Notes under the pieces: model-generated | The model's input: only the letters and a program-made list of their open reading frames with translations | Databases searched by the model: none | Told to the model about the DNA's origin: nothing | Source: Terriglobia bacterium | GTDB taxonomy: Bacteria; Acidobacteriota; Terriglobia; 20CM-2-55-15 | Length of the DNA stretch: 64,000 nucleotides | Assembly: GCA_965263045.1 (NCBI GenBank) | Contig: CBDHGK010000041.1 | Location: 4,346,408-4,410,407, forward strand | Reading direction: 5' to 3' | Shown here: one piece after another, positions 1-9,140 of the stretch | Position numbering within the stretch: the first letter of the stretch is position 1 | How the letters are laid out: every line of letters starts with the position of its first letter | Program-made: the position numbers and the translations under genes

Positions 1-41
1 CCAAGCACGATCGGTGTCTTCAGTTGCTCTTGAAGTGACAC
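1..41 (-). CDS. GntR-family regulator, N-terminal fragment (gene continues upstream of the window)
   Basis: The reverse complement of 1..41 encodes VSLQEQLKTPIVLG, identical to the N-terminus of the GntR ORF at 36612..37307. Confidence 0.3.
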   Translation of the reverse strand, partial: MSLQEQLKTPIVL

Positions 42-220
42 CTCACTCGTCTTCGAAGCCAGATCCTCTTAAGTGATCGCTCTCAGCGTCGGCCTGTTCC
101 ACCCGACTGTCATTTTCCAGGCGTTCCGGCAGAATCTCGACCCGTTTGTGACAGTTGAAAAACTGCGACAGTCGGGCTTCTGGCCCCGACCGCCAAACCC
201 TAGAGTGCAGGGGTGAGGTG

Positions 221-1924
221 ATGGACATGACGGATCGATCAATTTCCTGGGATCGTGCCATTGGGATCAGCCGGGTTCTCCCTATATATCAACGAAGCCT
301 GCTCTCCATACTGGTTTTCGGAGTATTGCTTTCGGGATGCCTGACAGCGCGAACGAGGCAGAGCGATCCGCCTGCTGCCGCGGTATTCAATTTCGAGCAG
401 TACGAGGTCGCCATCGGCGCCGCGAATCGACAGACCGTTCTAACGGGGTTCCTTTTCGGTGGCGCCGTGGCCGAACTTGCCGTGGTGACCACCGACGAGA
501 GCGAGGACCGCCGCGTGCGCATCTACGCGTTCGGCGACGGCGCCTGGATGCTCAGACTCGAGGGAACGCTCGGTCCCGATGTGCTGTTCGTCGATGTGGC
601 CAACATCGGCGGACGCGACCGGCTGGTCACCTACGAGCCCGGCCGTCTGAACTGGTTCGATCCCGAATCGGCGACGGAACGTGCGCTGGTAGCGGTGACT
701 TCCAACTTCAATCCGCCTCGCAAAGGCGAAATCCCGCATGTAGACATCACTCGGGACGTAAACGACGACGACCGCGACGACCTGGTCGTGCCGGACGTCG
801 ATGGCTTTTGGGTGTTCATCCAGATGAGCGCCGGCGCGTTCGCCGACCCAGTGAAGATCGGCCCCCCCACCGACATGAGTGGGATCTACGGGTCCGACGG
901 ATATCGGTACGACCCCTGGTCTCAGAGCCGTGTCCACGAGCTGGACTACAACCACGATGGTCGCAGCGACCTGGTGTTCTGGAACGAGAACCACTTCGAG
1001 GTGCACACCCAAGACGAGCGTGGGCTGTTTGCCCCGGCGGCCAGGACCTTCACTACCGATGTGGCATTCGACTCTGACGGTCTCTCCTCGCTCGCCACCG
1101 GAGACATGACAGGAAGGGTGCTGCACTCGTTGGCCGACTTGAACGGGGACGGCGTCGGGGATCTCGTAGTTCACTCGCTGGAGGGCAGGAGCATTTCCAG
1201 CAAGCATTCCACCTATGAGGTGCATTTCGGCACACCCACAGCCGATGACGGCACCGTGTTCGCACAGGGCGTCGACATCGCGTTCCAGTCGGACGACAGA
1301 ATTCAGCTCGGGATGGAACCCCACGACTTCGATCGAGACGGCCAGGTGGAGCTGATGATCACAACCATCCACGTCAGGTTCCTCGAAAACAGTCTCTGGA
1401 AGAGAATCAAGGGTTTCATGGGTGATGACATCTGGCTGGATCTCGAGTTCTACCGAATGGAAAAAGGTCGCTACCCCGACACACCCAACACCACCCGCAG
1501 AATCGCGTTAGACGGTGTGCCCAGCCATCGTGAGCCGGGGTGGGTAACCCTGGACCTCGTGCTTCGAGGGGCGACGCACGAGAGCCGGAACACTCAAAAG
1601 AGTTGGCCGCGTGCGTTCAACACGACGTTGCGCATCGGGGATGTGACCGGCGACGGCCGCTCAGACCTGCTCATCGCGGATCACCCTCGGATCATGAACG
1701 CCAGTGTCGGCGTGGGGGGGCCGGGCCTGTTCGCCCCGCGGCATCAGGAGGTGGCCCTCGACATCCCCAACGACGAGGAATACACCTGGCTGGTGGACCT
1801 CAACCAGGACGGCAAACAGGACATCCTCATGCATCGCCCGTTCACTCTAAGAGATGCTCACGGAGCCCGGAGACTGCCGCCCGGAACCGAGCCGCATCGG
1901 GTGACGATGCTGATCGCCCGATGA
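221..1924 (+). CDS. FG-GAP/VCBS-repeat beta-propeller lipoprotein
   Basis: Lipobox LLSGC follows a hydrophobic stretch. At least six D-x-N/D-x-D-G-x-x-D calcium-binding-like repeats are present (DVNDDDRDDLVV, DYNHDGRSDLVF, DLNGDGVGDLVV, DFDRDGQVEL, DVTGDGRSDLLI, DLNQDGKQDIL). The SD motif GGGGTGAGG precedes the ATG at 221. Confidence 0.75.
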   Translation: MDMTDRSISWDRAIGISRVLPIYQRSLLSILVFGVLLSGCLTARTRQSDPPAAAVFNFEQYEVAIGAANRQTVLTGFLFGGAVAELAVVTTDESEDRRVRIYAFGDGAWMLRLEGTLGPDVLFVDVANIGGRDRLVTYEPGRLNWFDPESATERALVAVTSNFNPPRKGEIPHVDITRDVNDDDRDDLVVPDVDGFWVFIQMSAGAFADPVKIGPPTDMSGIYGSDGYRYDPWSQSRVHELDYNHDGRSDLVFWNENHFEVHTQDERGLFAPAARTFTTDVAFDSDGLSSLATGDMTGRVLHSLADLNGDGVGDLVVHSLEGRSISSKHSTYEVHFGTPTADDGTVFAQGVDIAFQSDDRIQLGMEPHDFDRDGQVELMITTIHVRFLENSLWKRIKGFMGDDIWLDLEFYRMEKGRYPDTPNTTRRIALDGVPSHREPGWVTLDLVLRGATHESRNTQKSWPRAFNTTLRIGDVTGDGRSDLLIADHPRIMNASVGVGGPGLFAPRHQEVALDIPNDEEYTWLVDLNQDGKQDILMHRPFTLRDAHGARRLPPGTEPHRVTMLIAR

Positions 1925-1952
1925 GCAAAATCATAGCGGAGGAACAACGCAC

Positions 1953-2579
1953 ATGATCAAGGCACTCGCTGCAATACTGTTCTCGGTCCTGCTCTGCCTC
2001 GGGTCCGTTGTCGACGGCAGCGCTCAGCGGTCCACGACTCAAGGCTGGGTATTCGGTCTGGAACTCGGAGGAACGGCCATCTCCTTCCAGAACGAGCCGA
2101 GTGACAGAGGAGGACTCGTGGGCGCTCGGGCCGGCTATGGCCTCAACGGGATCGTCACACCGTACCTGGGCATATACGAAGCCGACGTCGACGTCCGGAG
2201 GTTTGATGCCTTCGACAAAGTGACATTTGGCCACATCGACCTCGGGGTGAGGCTGCACTTGGCCAATAGCCGCCGCCGGTGGGTCCCTTATGGCGACCTT
2301 GCCGTTACATTCTGGCCTGTGAGCGACGTTAAGAAGCACCAGGAACGGACCACCACCGACTTCGGGGGAAGGGCGACCTCCAGCCTGGGAGGCGGACTCG
2401 CCATCTACCTGTCTGAGGCGTGGGCCCTCGATGTGAACTTCAAGAGGGGCACGGGAGGGTTCAAAGACATCGAGGTTGACAACATCTCGCGTGGCGGGAC
2501 GAGCGAACATCTGCACACATTCCTCGACATCTGGGCCGAATCGGCTCGGTTCACCATCGGGCTTTCGTGGTGGCCGTAG
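1953..2579 (+). CDS. 8-strand outer-membrane beta-barrel protein (OmpW/OmpX-like)
   Basis: Signal peptide MIKALAAILFSVLLCLGSVVDGSAQ, alternating amphipathic strands, aromatic C-terminus GLSWWP. A GGAGG RBS lies upstream. Confidence 0.65.
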   Translation: MIKALAAILFSVLLCLGSVVDGSAQRSTTQGWVFGLELGGTAISFQNEPSDRGGLVGARAGYGLNGIVTPYLGIYEADVDVRRFDAFDKVTFGHIDLGVRLHLANSRRRWVPYGDLAVTFWPVSDVKKHQERTTTDFGGRATSSLGGGLAIYLSEAWALDVNFKRGTGGFKDIEVDNISRGGTSEHLHTFLDIWAESARFTIGLSWWP

Positions 2580-2916
2580 CCCGAGAGCGGAAGTGGGTCG
2601 CACCGCGAGATGCGAGGGCACCGTTTGGGGGACGGATAGAAGATTCAAAACGCCCAGGCGGCCTGCGGAGCAAGGTCGGGTGAGCCTTTCTGCGGTAGCA
2701 GGGATGATTCTGGTCGGCGTCATCGCCAGCCCGCATTTCTCACGGATCTTCGTCGCGAAGCGTCGGAGGCGCCGTCAGGGCAAGGCGCGCGCCGGGCGGG
2801 CGACGGAGGCGTACCTTGAAGTACGTTGAGGAGCCCGACACAGTGGCAACTGGGCTGAATCGATAATCGATGCGTTGTCTTCATGTGCGTCACCGCTTCG
2901 CGTTTCTCAGCCGGCC

Positions 2917-3183
2917 CTAAAGCTTTTCTTCGATGAGGTCCTTCCACGCCCGGTTCGCCAGCGCCAAGTCCGCATACATGCGCTTCAGCTCGCTCATCTC
3001 AACTTCCATTTCTTTCATTCGCTTCAAATTCGACGCGCTCATGCCTCCGTACTTCGACTTCCACGTGTAATAAGTCGCGTCGCTGATCCCGTGCTTCCGG
3101 CAAATTTCCTTCACGGGTCGACCCGCATCGGCTTCTTTCAGAATTGAGACGATCTGTGTCTCGGTAAACCGTGACTTCTTCAT
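2917..3183 (-). CDS. IS3-family transposase OrfA remnant (orfB lost)
   Basis: The 88-aa HTH protein TETQIVSILKEADAGRPVKEICRKHGISDATYYTWKSKY is typical of IS3/IS911 OrfA. A slippery-like AAGAAAAG sits at its 3' end but no orfB follows. The IS1380 IRL lies 8 bp upstream of the start. Confidence 0.7.
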   Translation of the reverse strand: MKKSRFTETQIVSILKEADAGRPVKEICRKHGISDATYYTWKSKYGGMSASNLKRMKEMEVEMSELKRMYADLALANRAWKDLIEEKL

Positions 3184-3191
3184 GGGGAACT

Positions 3192-4937
3192 CCTAGCCCG
3201 CATAAATCACCAGATGGACCAGAAAAGGCCGCCCTGTTTGGCATAAAGCGTTTGTCGAAGACGTTTTAGCAACCAAACAAAGGCGGCCCTTATGACGACA
3301 GAGTGTAACCAAACGACGTTCGAATTTCACGGACTTAATCAACGAAAAGTGAAGGCTCGATTCGACGGAGGGAAGATCACATCCGACGCGGGTGTCCTGC
3401 TGTTGAGGGAAGTCGAAAAACGAACCGGACTGGTCGGGGGACTTGCCGAATGTTTCGCCGATCATCGGGACCCGCGATTGATCGAGCACACGGTGAAGGA
3501 ATTGATTGGGCAACGGGTGTATGGCCTGTGTCTGGGATATGAAGACCTGAACGATCACGACCAACTACGCACCGATCCGATGCTCGCCGTGGCCATCGAT
3601 AAGGCCGATCCGCTGGGAGGCAACCGGCGGCAAGCCAGCGACCGGGGAAAGGCGCTGGCGGGCAAGTGCACGCTGAATCGGCTGGAGTTGACCGGTGCCG
3701 AAGTGGGGGCGGAGGAACGATACAAGAAAATTGCGATGGATGCCGACCAGATTGACCGCTGGATGGTCGATGCATTCATCGCAGCCTATGAATCGGCGCC
3801 TGAAGAAATCATTCTGGACCTCGATGCCACCGACGATCCGATCCACGGGCAACAGGAGGGACGATTCTTTCATGGCTATTACGGCAACTACTGTTATTTG
3901 CCGTTGTATATCTTCTCGGGTGAGCATCTGCTGTGCGCCCGATTGCGACGCTCCAACATCGATGGCGCGGCCGGATCGGTTGAGGAGCTGACCCGCATCA
4001 TCGGACAGATCCGGAAGAGCTGGCCGGATGTGTCGATCATCGTCCGTGGCGACTCGGGTTTTTGCAGAGATGATTTATTGACCTGGTGTGAATCCCATCA
4101 GGTGGATTACGTGGTGGGATTGGCCAAGAACGAGCGACTCCAGGAGGTCATCGCTGAATCCATGGCTCAGGCGAAATCGGAGTTTGAATCCACCGGTAAA
4201 TCGGCACGGATATTTAAGGACTTCCGCTATCGCACACGAGACAGTTGGAGCCAGCAACGGCGCGTCGTGGGCAAGGCCGAGGTTCTGGCCAAGGGCGCCA
4301 ATCCCCGATTCATCGTCACCTCCCTCACACCGCAACGTTGGGAGGCCCGTGCGCTATATGAAGATCTCTACTGTGCGCGCGGCGACATGGAGAACCGGAT
4401 CAAAGAGCAACAACTGGATCTGTTTGCCGACCGCACCAGCGCGGCCACCATGCGCGCCAATCAACTCCGACTGTATCTGTCTTCGGCCGCCTACATGATC
4501 ATGCAGGCCCTGCGTCGACTCGGGCTCCAGGGCACCGAACTGGCGCGCGCTCAATGCGGCACGATCCGGCTGAAGCTGCTCAAGATCGGTGCCCGAATCC
4601 GGTTCACGGTCCGAAACGTCTGGGTGTCGATGGCTGAAGCCTGTCCTTACGCCGAGGTCTATGCCGCCGTTGTCCGCAACCTACAAACAATGCCACTGCG
4701 ATGCTGACACCGACGCTGCGGCTTCGTCCCTGAAATCGATTCGCTTACCCAGTCCGAGCCGAGGTGTGTCTGATCGCGATCGTCAACGCTCTATTGAGCA
4801 CGAAAATCCGCTTCTCACATCGCCAAAAACTCGTCAATTCACCCTGAGACGCTCCCCCCACACCATCTCGCGCCCACCCAGGGTTCTTTTACGCAAAATC
4901 GCAATCACGCGTCGATTGGTGATCTATGCGGGCTAGG
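3192..4937 (+). mobile_element. IS1380-family element (IRL CCTAGCCCGCATAAATCACC / IRR GGTGATCTATGCGGGCTAGG); its last base is displaced to 6484 by a nested IS5-like insertion
   Basis: 20-bp terminal inverted repeats with one mismatch, starting CCTAG as in ISEcp1-type ends. They bracket a 471-aa DDE transposase. Confidence 0.8.
3292..4707 (+). CDS. IS1380-family DDE transposase
   Basis: Carries ITSDAGVLLLREVEK and LDLDATDDPIHGQQEGRFFHGYYGNYCYLPL motifs, which match the IS1380 (ISEcp1-like) signature. Confidence 0.8.
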   Translation: MTTECNQTTFEFHGLNQRKVKARFDGGKITSDAGVLLLREVEKRTGLVGGLAECFADHRDPRLIEHTVKELIGQRVYGLCLGYEDLNDHDQLRTDPMLAVAIDKADPLGGNRRQASDRGKALAGKCTLNRLELTGAEVGAEERYKKIAMDADQIDRWMVDAFIAAYESAPEEIILDLDATDDPIHGQQEGRFFHGYYGNYCYLPLYIFSGEHLLCARLRRSNIDGAAGSVEELTRIIGQIRKSWPDVSIIVRGDSGFCRDDLLTWCESHQVDYVVGLAKNERLQEVIAESMAQAKSEFESTGKSARIFKDFRYRTRDSWSQQRRVVGKAEVLAKGANPRFIVTSLTPQRWEARALYEDLYCARGDMENRIKEQQLDLFADRTSAATMRANQLRLYLSSAAYMIMQALRRLGLQGTELARAQCGTIRLKLLKIGARIRFTVRNVWVSMAEACPYAEVYAAVVRNLQTMPLRC

Positions 4938-6479
4938 AGTCTGCGCGGCAGAGGCTGAATAACTCGGATTTGTGACGATTCGAGAGCGTCTTTGTAGGAG
5001 AGCCGCCCGATTTTCCCAACATGGGCAGCTCCGAGCTGTGGGGACTCGATCCGTTGGTCCTGTGGAGAGCGTTATGGGTCCCGGTGATGCGGATTAAGCC
5101 CATTCGATCTTCCCGTTCATCCGTCGTAAGTTCACTGCCAGAGCCACCAGGCTCCATTCACAGGTGACGTTGTCCAAGCCTCGCAAACTGAACTGTCGGA
5201 ATCCCAGCACCGACTTGATCCACCCGAACGGCGGCTCACCGATGTGCTTTCTGGCCCGGTAGCGATCACGCCCCGTCTGGCTTTTCATCTTTCGGACCAT
5301 GCGGCCCAGGGCCGTGCTTTCGGGTTGGAGTGGGGCCGTGGCGAGATCTTTCTCACGACCCATCGGAACGTACCCATCTATTTGACGTTGTTCCAGCATT
5401 CGCAGATTCGACTCGGATCGGTATCCAGCATCCGCGAGCACCCGGTCTGGACGCTCCGACAGATTCGTGTTCAACTCATCCAGAGTCGGTCCCAACTGCC
5501 CGGTATCTGAAGCATTGTTGCTCACCGTTGTGGCGACGATGATTCGGGCCTCCGCGTCCACGACCGCCTGCGCGTTGTAGCATTGTTGGAACCCGTCGGC
5601 CGAGGTCTTCATGATCCGGCTTTCCGGGTCGGTGAAATTGTCTTGGGCCTTCCCCTTGGGTTCACCCCTCGGGCGTTTGAATGGTTTGCCCTTCTTTCCG
5701 CTTCCCGGTTTGTCGTCTCCAGGCTTCCTTTCCGCTTCCTGGTCTGCCGCCATCTGACGTTCTTCGAGTCGCTTCATCGCCGTCTGGATTGTGGCCAGCC
5801 GCTTCGTGCGGGTCGCCAACCCGTCGGGCAGTTCGTCACCGCGCCGGTCCTTGCCGTAACGTTGGTCTTCTTCCTCATCGGTCGCCGTGGCCCGGTTCAA
5901 CAGATCCCGAATCTGTTCGCCCAATTCGGTCTCCTGCTTTCTCATGCGTTCATAGCTCATCGCTTTGCGTTTGCTCGCATTGGCTCGCATCTTCGTCCCG
6001 TCCACCGCCACCGTTCCCATCTTCACCAGCCCGGCTTCCCGCCCCATCCTCACCACTTGCACAAATAAGTTCCCGAACTCTTCAAGATGCAGTTTTCGAA
6101 AATCCGAGATCGTTCGGTGCGCGGGAAAGTTCTCCGCTCCCAACATCCGGAACGCCACATCTTCGGTCATCTTCGCTGCAATCTTCCGTGACGAAAACAC
6201 TCCCGTCGCGTACCCGTAGATCATCACCTTCACCATCATCCGCGGATCGAAGGCCTGATTGCCCGGCCCGTCCGTTCCATACCTCTGTTCGAACGCGCTC
6301 AAATCCATCGCATCCACGGCGTCCGATATGAAGTACGACAGGTGATCTTCAGCCAGCCAATCTCTCAATGATGGAGGCATCAGCAGGCTCTGTTCTGGAA
6401 TATACGTTCGGTAAGTTCGTGGCATGTCCTATCTTCGATCCTTTTCTGCCCATTTCTGGTCCTTCTGCCGCGCAGACTC
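4937..6479 (-). mobile_element. IS5/IS1182-like element, copy 1 (15-bp IRs GAGTCTGCGCGGCAG; 4-bp CTAG target duplication at 4933-4936 and 6480-6483)
   Basis: Perfect terminal IRs flanked by CTAG on both sides. Identical to copy 2 at 58964..60506 in inverted orientation. Inserted into the CTAG of the IS1380 IRR. Confidence 0.85.
5094..6425 (-). CDS. IS1182/IS5-family DDE transposase
   Basis: 443 aa. The N-terminal motifs PRMMVKVMIYGYATGVFSSRKIAAKMTEDVAFRMLGAENFPAHRTISDFRK and the DAGY-type DDE region match IS1182-family transposases. Identical to 59018..60349. Confidence 0.8.
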   Translation of the reverse strand: MPRTYRTYIPEQSLLMPPSLRDWLAEDHLSYFISDAVDAMDLSAFEQRYGTDGPGNQAFDPRMMVKVMIYGYATGVFSSRKIAAKMTEDVAFRMLGAENFPAHRTISDFRKLHLEEFGNLFVQVVRMGREAGLVKMGTVAVDGTKMRANASKRKAMSYERMRKQETELGEQIRDLLNRATATDEEEDQRYGKDRRGDELPDGLATRTKRLATIQTAMKRLEERQMAADQEAERKPGDDKPGSGKKGKPFKRPRGEPKGKAQDNFTDPESRIMKTSADGFQQCYNAQAVVDAEARIIVATTVSNNASDTGQLGPTLDELNTNLSERPDRVLADAGYRSESNLRMLEQRQIDGYVPMGREKDLATAPLQPESTALGRMVRKMKSQTGRDRYRARKHIGEPPFGWIKSVLGFRQFSLRGLDNVTCEWSLVALAVNLRRMNGKIEWA

Positions 6480-6522
6480 CTAGGTTCATATTGCCAGAAA
6501 GCTCCAATTACGAAATGTCTCT

Positions 6523-6900
6523 GTGATGGGGAAGCTTACGAGATCATCGGCTCACTGGGTATTGGCGGGACGGGTGAGGCCTGCCAGGCCACCGCCACGA
6601 ACCAGAATCGTCAACTTGCAATCAAGGTGCTTTCCGCGGAGTCCACCAGTGACATTGAATGTCTGGTCCGTTTTGAGCGCGAAGCCAAGACCCTGGCATC
6701 GCTCAGCTACCTAACATCGCATCGATACACGGTTTTGAGAAGTCCGCCGACGCTCACACCCTCGTTGTGGAGCGAGTCGCGGGACAGACCCTCGCCGACC
6801 GTAATTCCCAAGAGCCGATTCCCGTTGATGAAGCCCTACCGATAGCCGAACGGATCGCCGATGGGTCGCTTTTGCTTCCGATCGTGCAGAATACCTCGAG
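6523..6900 (+). pseudogene. Ser/Thr protein kinase N-lobe fragment, frameshifted and 3' truncated
   Basis: Translates to YEIIGSLGIGGTGEACQA...LAIKVL...RFEREAKTLASLS, then after a +2 frame shift HPNIASIHGFEKSADAHTLVVERVAGQTLADR...EALPIAERIADG. This covers the Gly-rich loop, VAIK lysine and HPNI motifs of Hanks-type kinases. Only about 120 codons remain. Confidence 0.6.
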
Positions 6901-6945
6901 CTATATGTAGAATTAGATTCGATGAACTGAAGGGTGAACGAAACT

Positions 6946-8565
6946 ATGGCCAGAAAAGAACGCGTTTGTGTTATCGGAGCGGGCCTGTCGGGCCTCATTG
7001 CACTGAAGGAGTTGCTTGAGAAAGGACATGACGTCACTTGCTATGAAAGGGAACTTCGCGAGGGGGGAGTCTTTAACTTTCCAGCGGGTGTGGCTTACGA
7101 CACAATGCGTCTTACCGTCTCGCAGCACTTCATGTGCTTCACTCCGATGCCCGCGCCCCCGCAGGAAAAGCGAGAGCTCTGGACGCGGACACGGTACGCC
7201 CAGTATTTGCAGTCCTTCGCAGAAAAATTTGACCTTTATAGATACATTCAATTTAGTACCGAGGTAGAGGGAATCGAACTCTGTCAGGAAGGCCAGGTCC
7301 GGGTTACTTGTCGTCATAACGCCGAGAGTCGCGACCGGAAGTTTGACGCAGTCGCGATCTGTCAGGGTGCGTTTCGCGCAGACGGTCCGCGAACGCCAAA
7401 CGTCGATGGTCTGGATGACTTTCCTGGAACAGTGGTTCACAGCGGAACTTACAACGACCCGGTGTCCTTTAAGAGTATGCGCGTATTGTGCGTGGGAATG
7501 GGCGAAACGGCCGCAGATATTACCCTGCAGATTTCTGAAGTAGCGGCGAGCTGCACACTAAGTATGCGGTCCTTTCCCGAAATAATAAAAAGATACCGGG
7601 GTCCTGGCCAACGCACCACCGACGTCGACTCTACGCGACTCTTTCACTGGATGTCGCTGGAACAGCGCAGCGATTTCTACGCCTTCAAACGGAAGTTCAG
7701 GGATACGAGGAAGCTTAGCGATCACGATCGGTTGGTTTACGAATGGAATCGAAAATCAGGGGGACGTCGGTCCCTCCAAAAAAACGACGATTTTGTAGAC
7801 AACGTCATCAATGGACGAATTCAGGTGCTTGCTCCGTCCGAGCTCAGATCTATTGAAGGCGATATGGTGATCTTTGATGACCACTCAAGATTGGAAGTGG
7901 ACGCGATCGTATTCTGCACAGGATACGAAGAGAGCTCCATTCCCAACAAGTGGATCAAGGATGTTGAGATCTCTGATGTGCGTCAGTTGTACAAGCATGC
8001 ATTCGATACAGACCTGGGAAGGCAGGTTGCTTTTTTTGGTTGGGCACGACCTCGGCAGGGAGGGTTCCCGGTACTCTCTGAATTGTTAGCCAGGTATTTC
8101 GCACTACTGTGCAGCGGAGAGCGCGAGCTGCCTGCGACAAGCGAAATGAAACGTGTCATTGCTGAAGATTGTGCGCGCGAGGAGGAGTGGTTCGCCAATT
8201 CGAAATCGACGCGTACTCTAGTTCACTACACACGCTATTCAGATGATCTTGCCGAACTGGTTGGATGCCTTCCCAACCTGGAAGAATATCTGAATGATCC
8301 AGAGCTGCTCACACACCTGATTTGTTCGTCAAACATTGGACTGAGCTATCGGTTACAGGGCCCAGACGCCTTCCCGAAGATAGCTAGGGACTCTTGCGTG
8401 TCGGCGCCCATCGCTGATCCGTATGCAGCTATCGATCAGTTCTTGGACTTCTCGCTCAGACAGAGACTGAATCTGGACCTGGCAAAGCGGGTCGCTGAGA
8501 TCATTCGCACATATCTGACCACACACACGACGGACATGCCTTCGACGGAAACCTGGGGAAGCTGA
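6946..8565 (+). CDS. Flavin-containing monooxygenase (class B flavoprotein monooxygenase)
   Basis: VCVIGAGLSGL FAD-binding GxGxxG motif, GTVVHSGTYND FMO motif, and a second dinucleotide fold at VLCVGMGETAADI. GC appears visibly lower than the flanking DNA. Confidence 0.8.
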   Translation: MARKERVCVIGAGLSGLIALKELLEKGHDVTCYERELREGGVFNFPAGVAYDTMRLTVSQHFMCFTPMPAPPQEKRELWTRTRYAQYLQSFAEKFDLYRYIQFSTEVEGIELCQEGQVRVTCRHNAESRDRKFDAVAICQGAFRADGPRTPNVDGLDDFPGTVVHSGTYNDPVSFKSMRVLCVGMGETAADITLQISEVAASCTLSMRSFPEIIKRYRGPGQRTTDVDSTRLFHWMSLEQRSDFYAFKRKFRDTRKLSDHDRLVYEWNRKSGGRRSLQKNDDFVDNVINGRIQVLAPSELRSIEGDMVIFDDHSRLEVDAIVFCTGYEESSIPNKWIKDVEISDVRQLYKHAFDTDLGRQVAFFGWARPRQGGFPVLSELLARYFALLCSGERELPATSEMKRVIAEDCAREEEWFANSKSTRTLVHYTRYSDDLAELVGCLPNLEEYLNDPELLTHLICSSNIGLSYRLQGPDAFPKIARDSCVSAPIADPYAAIDQFLDFSLRQRLNLDLAKRVAEIIRTYLTTHTTDMPSTETWGS

Positions 8566-9140
8566 GACTGGCCGGCCGCATGCCTGCCCGTACCGGATAT
8601 GAGCCTTGCCGCTGCCTATCAGCCGCGCCATCCGGATGAGCGCCGTAGCACCGTTTCCATCTGGGCCCGCACTTCTCACAGGTTGTCTGCTCCAGCGCCG
8701 GATCCATCCGCCAGTGCTCGGTTGCGCTGGGCCAGGCTCCTCGACGTACTGTAGGGTACGCCTCCGTCGCCTGCCCGGCGCGCGCCTTGCCCTGACGGCG
8801 CCTCCGACGCTTCGCGACGAAATCCCGTGAGAAATGCGATTGCGCGACACCGGATAGTCTGACGCGACACAGCTTTCAACACGGGGTGGTGTCGACCCAC
8901 TCTGGTCTCGTGATGGGGAAAGGCTGTCTTACCGGGAAGGCAACCGCTTTCGTGAAGGGTTTGAGTACAGCTGATGTCGCTTGTTTCAGGTCGGGCCGGG
9001 CGAGCAATCGTTTTGGTGGATTCCTTTTCTTTCGAGGTTCTGACATTTGCCGACGGCCTCCTGAACTGTCGCCGGTAACAATGTATCCAGGGTCTCCCCT
9101 TCGGCGTGATTGACGACGCAGACAATCTGGTGTGGCGCTG

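Larger units (their letters stand above)
1..2726. repeat. Segmental duplication copy 1 (direct repeat of 37267..39992); truncated by window start
   Basis: Nucleotide-level identity with 37267..39992 (offset 37266). ORF translations are identical for the 589-aa ORF. About 10 SNPs are confined to the last ~500 bp. The boundary falls at 2726/39992, where the sequences diverge. Confidence 0.95.

Noticed and set aside
440-2723. Large antisense ORFs (for example 440..1372 −, 1842..2723 −, and similar ones opposite the transposases and the TonB receptor at 9132..9854 +, 10470..11324 +)
   Set aside because: They are embedded in better-supported genes on the opposite strand, lack motifs, and are typical high-GC artefacts.
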